From positions 8,246,001 through 8,310,000 of the forward strand of contig OZ281497.1 in assembly GCA_965637545.1 (NCBI GenBank): a stretch of DNA of 64,000 bases. Reading direction: 5' to 3'. Source of the DNA: Phallusia mammillata (taxonomy: Eukaryota). How positions within the stretch are numbered: the stretch's first letter is position 1; every line of letters starts with the position of its first letter. The notes below the pieces were generated by a model that saw only the letters and a list, made by a program, of their open reading frames with translations, was not told where the DNA came from and made no database searches. Of the stretch, positions 37,923-48,066 are shown in pieces. The translations under genes and the position numbers were made by a program.

Positions 37923-38540
37923 ATGGCCATTTTAGCTTTGTTGGTTGCATTCTGTCTGACTGCTTTTGGGGAGGCAAAAACTTGGAACTCTTTTGGAGGA
38001 TTTCAATATTTTGTCGAAATGACTCCAGTAAATGGGTATGCACAAGCGGAGATGGGTTGCTCCGCGTTGCAATCTAATATATCTAATATTAAAACTACAG
38101 AAATCTTTGACTTCGTCAACTCTCTTATGAATCTGACAACAGGTGAGTTGTTGCGATGCGGTAAAACACAAAAAAATGAAGCGAAAAAAGTCGATTGCCC
38201 AGTAACATTATTTAAAGGCAAGACATCAATTTTTTTATATTTTAAACCATACAATAACTGTATCTCAGAAAGCTTATACTCATTCTACATTGGTGCAAAA
38301 AGAATCAACGGCACAAAGAAGTTTGAGTGGAGTGATGGAAGCGAAGTTTTGGTTCCAAGTACTATGTGGAAAGTAGGACAACCAAACAACAAAATCGGAA
38401 ACGAAGACTGCGTTGTAATGAGTTTCAAAGGTTCCAGTGGACCCCCTACACCGTACGGCTGGTTTGACGTACCGTGCTATTATCGTTTTGCGGGATTTAT
38501 TTGTGAGAAAGCCGTACCAGGTAACCAGAGTGATGTATGA
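37923..38540 (+). CDS. C-type lectin L4, putative secreted read-through form (163 aa)
   Basis: Exon 2 read past the 38520 donor gives PGNQSDV-stop. Confidence 0.55.
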   Translation: MAILALLVAFCLTAFGEAKTWNSFGGFQYFVEMTPVNGYAQAEMGCSALQSNISNIKTTEIFDFVNSLMNLTTGELLRCGKTQKNEAKKVDCPVTLFKGKTSIFLYFKPYNNCISESLYSFYIGAKRINGTKKFEWSDGSEVLVPSTMWKVGQPNNKIGNEDCVVMSFKGSSGPPTPYGWFDVPCYYRFAGFICEKAVPGNQSDV

Positions 38541-39137
38541 GAAAACACAAACTGAAGTTAAAGCAATATGCTGTGAATGATAAAGTAAGAATTGCTGGTT
38601 ATTAGAAAAAGAAATTGGCTGCATTTTTTAAAACGAATAATCTCAACACATTGTACCACATGCTTTCATCAATGTTTCATTGTTGTTTACTGTAGATCTT
38701 GCGTTTTTTTCAGGTTTTACTTCCGAAAGTGAAAACGGTAATTTCATCCTAACTGTTATATTAGCAGTATTTGGTGGCCTAATGTTCGCTATAATTTGCA
38801 CTCTCGTTGTGGTAATGACGTTGCGAAGGCGCAATCAAAGGTAATCATCTGCATTTTTGACAACCTATATAATTTATGATCATTTAAGGCCGACTAACCT
38901 TTTCTTGCTAAAACAACACATTGTTCAGAGATGACGAGTTAGATTGAGTTAATTGTTAAACTGGATGGTTGTAAGGATTCATACATTTGTAAAAATGTTA
39001 ACAGAGGGCTAGGCAACAATGTTTTATATACAGATTTAGACCATGAAAATATGACTGCTAATTTCTTTGTGGTATAGTGAGTACATCGGAAAACCTTGTT
39101 TTACAGAGTTGGAGTAGAACGTAGACCAGAATATTAA
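37923..39137 (+). CDS. C-type lectin, type I membrane form, copy L4 (209 aa, short tail)
   Basis: Exons 37923-38142, 38269-38520, 38714-38840, 39107-39137, GT-AG and in phase. Signal peptide, four canonical CTLD cysteines, QPN and WFD motifs, TM FILTVILAVFGGLMFAIICTLVVVMTL followed by RRR; TAA at 39135. Confidence 0.82.
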
Positions 39138-40474
39138 AACGATTTAGGTAAGTTATATGTTTTGACCAAAATATGTCATGGATTTTTCGTTACAATAAAT
39201 TAACTACTTTGCATTGATTTAAATATCATTTTGCTTAATGCAACAACACAGAGCTTCGCCATGCCGAAGAAGAAGTGCACAATATTTAGGAAGTTGAGGC
39301 CTATACCTCGCAAACAATCTGAGGAGTGCATCAAGTGAATTAATTTCAACGAGTCGATTGTATTATTCTAATTTCACATTTAAATATGCAAGTTTGAACT
39401 TATAAACAGGAAGGAGAGTGCACACAAAGTCCACGATGACCTGGTTGTCGCTTAATTGTTCTGAAACAAAACATTGATATGTTCATAACCTGTTTCTTAT
39501 TATACTCAACTAAAATACAGAGAAAGAATGCCTTCAGTTTACTTGAATCAGTCTGCAGTTTTGGTTATACAATGTAATAATCATAGAACCATAATGACAT
39601 TATCAATTCTAATTTTTTATATCTCTGCATGTTTAAGTAAATACATTAGCGCAAAGCCCTGTGTTGTAACCAGCGTTCTTGACATGTTTCTTGTTTTGTT
39701 TCTGTGTACAAACAAACTGTAGTTGGGGACGCAATTTACTCAAAAATCTGGACAGCCTGAATCTGCACAGACCATGACCGCACCAGGGTTTTCTAATCAT
39801 TCTTAAACGCAACACCGCCTGTCTGACAGATACAAATTCTTCCTTTGCTGCACAACAGCGTTGTTTCTCTGTTAAACGAACGAAACTTTTATTTGAGGTT
39901 TATGCCCCATAGTTTCAAATCGTGTATGTTTTTAAGAAAGGGTTTTTCGCGTGTGCTACTTTTACCCACGTTTGTGAAGATTTGGTTGAATCTAAAAATT
40001 TGACTTTTAAATAACTTTGGAGTTTCTAGAATTCGTTCTTAAATTATGTCTGTCAAGCGAATAAAACATCCTATATTCTTGGCTTTTAATTATCAATATT
40101 TACTTCAGAACGCGATTCAAACATTCTGACTTGGTGCATAAATTCGAAAGCCAACACTTTAATATATTTGCCACATATGCAATAGAATGTAAGACAGCGT
40201 GAATTTGTAAAACGACCCTACGAAAAATCGCCTTCTTTTCCATTAACCATACAGTCCGCAATTGCACATCATTCTGCAATGATTGTGGTTTCCTGTTGCA
40301 GCACAAATTCGTTGAAAAAGGCCGACTCATTTTTGACGCATAGCAACAAATGTGCAGAAACAAGTCATAATTGGTCGATTTATATTTGAGTGACCATTTC
40401 AATCAAACGGCTATAGCAAGTTTTGGCCATTTCATAACCAAAAAGGTATTAAATGTAACACAGAGAGAACCAAG

Positions 40475-41717
40475 AAAGTCAAGCTGCACAAGCGTAGATA
40501 GTTGTTTCTGACAGCGTAAGCACATTTAGCGTTGATTAGCGGTTTTGCTTTTTCTTGTTTTGTCGAGATTAGCCGTACATATGTTTCAATTTTTTCATGT
40601 AGATTACTGGCAAGTGGACTGGACCACAACAGCACACTTTTTGGCGCCATTTGCAATAACTTTACCACTAACTGCTTTGGCATCATGTCGTCAAATCAAG
40701 CTGTTTGACCATCGGTTATGCTTATTTTACCATATCTCTCTTGCATGGCTTGTTGTTTGTGGTGATGGTGATTGCCCAAGCGTTTGTGGGTATTGCTGCC
40801 CTTCTGTTGCAAGCCGTTTCGCCCATTTTTGCCGTACTTTGGTTTCCCGAGAGCAAAGTCGGCATTGCAATAGGAATACAGTTGTTTGGATGCTACAGAG
40901 GTATGGCAGTAGGTTCCGCATCACCGGTGACGTTACTTGACAAATTGGAAAATACGAGTCACATCCAAGCCGATGAATCATTGCAAAATAACCCCAAAAG
41001 ATTGATGCCGATAAACGGTTCGATGCTGGCTGTTGCCATAGCAGTAAATATCAGTCTGGCACTTTTTATGACCGATCATCCACCGAAACCTCCGACAATC
41101 GCTCAAGCTCTGAAAGATGGAAATAAGCCCATTAAATTTAATGCTCTTTGCTATTGGAAATTGACTAAAAACGTTCTGTCAAACAAAAGTTTCTTAATCG
41201 CAACGCTTATATACGCAGTATTGTTGGAAATTATTGCAGTACAGCACGTACTAATGTCGCAAATACTTCCCATCAACGCTACAGAAAATCTTCCGTTATC
41301 CATCAATCAAGTTGCAGGATATCTTTTGACTGCCAATGCCGTTGGCGGTGCTATTGGTTCATTTGTTATGGGAAGAATAGTAAAAAACTATAAAAAATAC
41401 AAAATCGCAACCATTGTCGGCTGCCTGGTGACACTATTTTTCTCATGCGGCATGACTGTCGCGTGGTTTGAATCCAGTTATCTATTGATGTGCCTCTGCA
41501 ACTTTATGCTCGGCGCCACTTCAAGGGCCGTAATGATTCCAACGTACGAAATTATGACACAGGAAACATACCCGATCGACGAAACTTTTGTGAGTATTTG
41601 GATGTCAAGCTTGCGTCAGTAATAATTTTTTTGCCAGTCAACTACGCTCTCACACTGCCACTAAGTTTTCTTATTACCAGCACGAACGAAAGACTTCAGG
41701 TAGCCCAAAGGTACTAG
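40475..41717 (+). pseudogene. FLVCR/SLC49-like MFS, intronless (copy 2)
   Basis: Colinear with copy 1; TGG->TAG at 40499, deletion at ~40701 and a further deletion at ~41613. Confidence 0.82.
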
Positions 41718-42612
41718 AGCAAAGTAGGAAATCAACATTTTTGTGTCTGCCTGTGTATATAACTGATTTGTGTACCAGTGATGTGTCAAACCGAGTCCTA
41801 ATTCCTTACATGGGCGCTACTACAAAAAAATAACTCACTGCGGGTGTTACGTGTCAATTTGTACTTGAAATTATGCTTTTTTGTTATATTAGCCCTCACA
41901 TAACGGTTTACTTCAAGCAGACAAATGCAATAAATAGCCTTGTCGTTACAGGCCTAGCCATGCGGTGATAATAGTGAAAACAATTAAAAGTGTTTGTTTC
42001 GTACGATTTAAATTCATCTTTCATTTCACCCATTGTCGTTTATTTGTTTCCTTGTAAAGATCATTTTTTCTGTTTCGATTATTTCAAAAAAATTGGTAAA
42101 TTTTCGTACCTCGTGCGACCCAATTTGTTACTAGGCAGTTTGAAAAAAAAAACGTTATATCCTCCAAAAAACTGGTTTTAAATGTTTTGGTCATAATTAT
42201 GTGATGTGACAAATAAAAATTCGACATGTACGTTTGTTAATTGCAAACGCCCAGTTGTCATGTTTAGAATCTATGCAATGACCCACCAGAAAACGCTACC
42301 AGAAAACACTGTTTTGATTTGTGACACTGTGAATATTTTTCTGTCCGAATTATTACACTGAGAAATTTTCAAATTATCTCACACAAATTATAAACTTTGA
42401 AACTGTGATCAATCTTATACATCAATTGTTTGGTTCCAAAATAGGCAGTAATATATAGTTTTTGTATTATAAACAAAATTGAAAACTACCCACAATTCGA
42501 TACAGCTTGAATTAGTTCAGTAAAAATTAAATGAAATAATTAAACCCAATTGGCAACAACGTTATATTAAACGAGGACATCTTTTGGGTATATTTTTCGT
42601 GTTTTTTGGCCA

Positions 42613-44353
42613 CTAACAAGTCAAGTACTCGTGGCGAAGCGAAATATAGTTGTGCCATTCCTGAGCCACAAGACGAAGCTTGATTGCAACAATCGGGTGA
42701 TGAAACATGTTAGTCACTTCGGTGTCCGAGTCACTGTTCCCGTAGAAATTCTACAAATACGTGAAACAGACAGTTGCAGTTAACCTAAAGAACAATGTGC
42801 CTTAGCTACTCACCTGAGGCAGTTTACCTACATCATATTGGATAAAATAGACGTGGCAAACAAACAATATCAAACCAACCCCACATAATAAATGGTGGGT
42901 TTCGATAATGAAAAGGGTATACCGTTCAAATTTAGATCAAATGCAACTGACAACGCAAGCAAATTTTATAAAATTATGTCGGATATTGGTTGGTAACTTA
43001 CATCATCATGACCAGAAGCGTCTTTAACAGTTTGCCACGTAGTCTCATGAGGCCTCGTATACTGAATTTTGTACCGTGTCACCCATTGGTCATGCTGGTT
43101 TCTTCCTTGTGTGATGACTCCAGTGATTCTTTTTGGTTGAAGCAAATCGACTTGAATCCATTCCCCTGCCACCCCTAGAAAAAAAATGTACAAAAACAGC
43201 AATCAGCGTTAAATACTTTGCGTTATTGGTTAAAAAACGTGTTAACAGATGCTTTCTTAAAAGTTAATTTTTTTTTAAATTTTTTTTCAGGCATTATACG
43301 CAGATGTACAAAGGGTATAACTTACTATTTAAAGCAACCCATGACCCGTAGTGTAATCCGGGTCTGTTGGGAGTATACAGTCGGCCGTATCTAGTGTGAT
43401 GCAAGTCGCTGATTGCGGAATCAAAAAACGTTGATGAAGAGAGCGCATCGTCGGCAATGTGACCACTTCTGAGTCCAAGCAAACACAAGGAGTCTACAAC
43501 ACCGATTACTTTTAGGCTCAACTGTTTTTTCTACACAACAATATTTCGAATTTGTAGCAATAATTTTTAAAGGCATAAAGTTGGTTTAAAATGAAGGACA
43601 AATGCATGAAGAGAGCTAAATGTATTTTTTTCGATTAGTTGGTGTAAAAATAAAAAACAAGGTTTATATACGCTCAAATAGATGACTTGAGCAAGTACAA
43701 CATTATATTACTTCATATTGTTAAATAAACTTTAAGCGATAGATTTTAGATTTTGCGACTACTCAAAATGTAGAGCTATGTTCGTTCCGTGTCCTGCCAA
43801 AAGTTATTAGTGTTTTTTTTGCAATGGCCTAAACAGCTTATCTTCCGTGCACGTTAAATTTCCACACCATGTAAACTTTGGCTTCTTAGGGATTAATTGT
43901 TTCAAGAAAATACATGTTATTAGGGCCAGAAATATGTAACGCAATTTTTGGAGGCATGGCCTATTGTGATACACTTTCATCATTTACTTGAAGACAAATT
44001 TCATTTTTTTACTTACAGCGGTTTGCTTCGATTGATACCTCAGACCATTTATCCCCATCTACAATATATTGGAAAATTATGCTTTAGTTTACGTTTGTAA
44101 GAAGCAACTTTACGTTGTGAAGCATTTCTGGTTAGTTTTTTAATTTGAAAAAAAAATGTCGCAAAAATTATGCTACATTTCAAATAAATGACATAAATTG
44201 TACCAAAATACCTCTACATCCAAATGCAGCTGAAAAAAAACACAATGTGGTTTTTGATATCTTGAATAAATCTTAAAGCAATTATCAATCGCATAACATA
44301 TTCTTACCGCACAATCCTGTGATCGCAAGAAGCACAATTATTGTCTTCAGCAT
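42613..44353 (-). CDS. Secreted single F5/8 type C (discoidin/FA58C) domain protein, 5 exons, 188 aa
   Basis: Exons 44353-44308, 44058-44017, 43493-43326, 43174-43002, 42750-42613, GT-AG and in phase (567 nt). Signal peptide MLKTIIVLLAITGLC; C..LGLRSG.I.D, EWIQVDL, ITGVITQGR, WVTRYKI, FYGNSD, LRHEYLTC. The first two exons are less certain. Confidence 0.85.
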
Positions 44354-44439
44354 GATTTCTGTGTAGAATACTATAAGTCAGAAGCACTTGAAAACATAAC
44401 ACCAGCTGGAACGAACTGACTCTTATATACGGTTATTAT

Positions 44440-45860
44440 TGCCTCAGATCATGTCATTTGCAATTTTGCAACGTTTTCACATAACTTATTTTCCGATATG
44501 CAGCACTGACACGAGAAGACGAGATGATTTGTGTTGACGAACAGACTGATAACATTTGGCAGCCGTTCTTGAATGACCCTTCTAAACACAGTCATCTTTT
44601 GCTGATTGGGCAAAAGTCTCTTATTAACTATGTTCGGCATTTTGTGGCAAAACAAGTTTCTATTTGTTTGACGACTGTCTGCCAACCGAAACCATTTTTA
44701 CCTTTTTATGTTATACATAAACGTGGCTCAGATATTTTATAGACATTGATGGTTAATGAAGATTCATGTCTGGCCAACAGTCCAACAGCAGGATAAAATT
44801 ATTCCAATAGAATTTTCAAACATTACTGGATAAGCTTTACGCACCTTTGCGTTCCTGTGTAATGCCCATACTACAGAACTAATATTAGAAAAGAAGCATT
44901 TGTGTCATTGGTGATCTTGACAACATTTACTTTATGTTATTTTGAAATATTTCATTATGTGCAACTAATTTTATGCTTAATGAATTATGAGCCCTCGCGT
45001 GGTGTATAGTTTGCACCGTTGTAGTCTGGCGTTTATTCTGCACCGCTATAAAATGACAAAAACAACTTTATTCCCACGCAGTTAACCAGCCTGAACGTGC
45101 ATAAACGGTTTGAACACTTGAGTCAAATGCTTCTGTTTTTTAAAAAAGTTGTAAATCTGTAATATTCATTTTACCACAACTATAGTTCAACCTACTGCAA
45201 AGTTGACCCAACTATCAAATTATCCATTCTAGCTACAATGGCTGTTACGCCGACAACTTTACTTGTTAATTAGCCTGCATTTAACTGCATCTGTCAAGTT
45301 AATGGACAACCGAACGTGTATGTGTAAAACAAAGTCTGTTGTATAAGTAAGCAACTATAACTTTCGATACCATATGTTCGTCGATATAGTCGTCATGAAT
45401 TGAAATATGCATGTAAACCTTACACGTAGTCACTGCACAAGTAGGTTACGTTGCGTATGAAGCTAATGTGGATACGGAATTATGGACGATATAGCTGGAA
45501 AAGATCATGTCATTTGTGAATTTGCAACGTTTTTACATTTTTCGTATGCACCACTGACATGAGATGGTTTGTGATGACGAACAAACTGATAACGTTTTGC
45601 AGCCGTTTTTGAATGACTCTTCTGCACACAGCTCACCTTTGCTGGTTTGGGCAAAAGTCTCCTATTAACCTTGTTTGACATTTTGCATCAATGTGTAAAT
45701 TAGATCTGTTGATCTGCCAAGAAAAGTTTCGATTTGTTTGACGACTGTCTGCGAACCGAAAGTATGTTTACCTTTATATGTTATACATGAACGTGGATCA
45801 GACAGCCACCGAGGGTTTAAGTAGGGTCATGTCTGTCCAGCAGCAAGATAAAAAAAGTAT
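44440..45860. repeat. Local direct duplications upstream of the F5/8C gene
   Basis: ~44440-44800 matches ~45500-45860; ~44950-45130 matches ~46640-46800. Boundaries approximate. Confidence 0.7.
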
Positions 45861-48066
45861 CAAAAAATACTAAATAGGATTTATGCAACTTTGTCACAAA
45901 GAAATTAGGAATGCAGCACATAGAAATAGCATTAAGTAGAAACCAAATAATCACCTTCGAGCCACAGCGGACTTCAAAATGGTTATGTTTGTCGCCTTTT
46001 CATACATTTTCTGTGATCAATGTCTTCACTACAGAGCAAATATTAGAATACAAGTATTTTGATAATTGGTATTTTGTAATTGTGATAACAAAGGTGTGGC
46101 CTCCAAACTTGTTTTGGTCCACCTTAACTGTCGGGTCTATGGAAATTCAGATCCATTTTGTATTCTTAAATCGTCTGTTTGTGAACCAAAGCAACACTGG
46201 CCGTAACAAAAGGTTTATGTCATCATATGATAGTTCATTATGTTTAAATAACTTTATGATGAATGAATCATTTTCTAAGTTAAAAATTGCTTCAACTAAA
46301 GCTCGAACAATCTTGTTAACATAACATGTTTATTATCTCCGTTTTGCTGTAATTGGGTTGTGATAAGAGCGCAAGTTATTCGGCCAATAAATATTTACAA
46401 ACTTCGAAAAGATTTGCCTTTTCTAAAATTAAAACTCCTGTTTCTAAAATAAAATACTAATTACGAGTTTCTTAAAGCAACAACTTGTTGCACACTTCCA
46501 GGCATTTATTGCTGTAACAACGAAATCCCATTAATATGTAAGAATATATAATTGCGGAACCTGAAGAAATTATAAACAAATTTCGTCAACAAATGTACAA
46601 ATACATTTAGAAAGTGGATGCAGACTCTTCTACGTTTTATCAATATTCACAGATAAGTTTACGTGGCCCTCCCGTGGCTTGAAGTTTGCACCGTTGTAGT
46701 CAGGAGGTGGCTCCTTGTCTGCACCACCGTAAAATAAAAAAGACTTTGTGCACACACAGTTAACTTAGCAACCTGAACTTACATAAATGCTTTGACCACT
46801 TTAATCAAAATCCTTTAGATTTGGAGCAGGACCATAACTTGCGAAACCATTTGTTTGTCGATACAGTCGACTGTTTTCTTTGAAGGTACTCCGCCGTAGC
46901 GATATTTAAATTAGTTTAAGTAAACTTTGCAAATGTTATAAGAATTGAACTGAATTTGACCCAGCAACAACATTATTTCATGTATGTTTTTAATAGTTAC
47001 TGCATAAATGGGTCAAACTGCGTTTTAAGCTAGTATGGAGACAAAATCCAAAGCCTTTCGGTGATGTCGCTTGACTCTTGCTATATGTATATAACTTTGT
47101 TAACATAAACTCAGAATAAAAGATAGCAATTTTTTTTAAATCATGAAAAATTCGTACCATTTCATGCTACGAGATTCAATACACCTTTTTTCTAAATAAA
47201 TGCTTGCATGTACAGGTTATGCAAATCTAATCGCTTATAGTCTCATCTGAATTGATAAGACATTATATACATTCACATGTGACAGACATTTTGGTCCTAT
47301 ACATACATTCTTATTGACATCTCAGCAGGAGGTACGCTTGCCAAATATATAAGCGTAACATTTTGTGTTTTATTTCCCGCCTCTTTATTCAGGGCATTTA
47401 CTTTTTTTAAACGCAAAATATTTCTATATTAAGGCCAACCTAGGAAATTAGAAAACTTTATGTCGGTGTAAGTTTATGTCTACATATATAGAAATTTAAA
47501 TAAACATATGTTGAACAAAAAATATTCTGAAGACAAAAAAAATGTGCTGGTTATTGTCTGGTATCGCATTTTAGACTCTTTCTTTAAATCAAGTGTTATC
47601 TAAATATAAATATGGTCGTCGAAATGGGACCATATACAATGCCCTATACCCGCAAAATCCTTGACTGTGCCAACGAAAATAAATAACAAGGCGCAATAAA
47701 AATAACACTTCAAAGAAAGTTCAAAAGAACACGATATAAAGTATTACAATTTTACGGTTTTTGCACCAATTTTTGATGTAACTTTTATAGTTTGTAATTA
47801 AATTACTCTTCAAGTCCATTTATAGTGTTCCCATGTATCATACAAACAATAAAGCTCCAGCTTCGGCCTTTGTTACAGTTTGTAAGAAGAAAAAGGGGAT
47901 AAACATGAAGTCAAGTGATAAAGGTTTGGAATCAATATGTGTTTTAATAAACTAAATTTACAATTAGCTTCATTTTATTTAGCAACATAAACAAATAGTG
48001 TTGTTGCAGTACCTTTGTACGAACTATTCCAAATGATATTCCAAATATAAGAGACTTATTAAGATG

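Noticed and set aside
37866-38540. 224-aa single-exon lectin starting MSTLSFCNQ
   Set aside because: Uses a TTG upstream of the signal-peptide ATG and reads through intron 1; paralogs support ATG 37923 and splicing.
45911-46324. 137-aa ORF
   Set aside because: No recognisable motif, AT-rich low-complexity composition, no paralog support.
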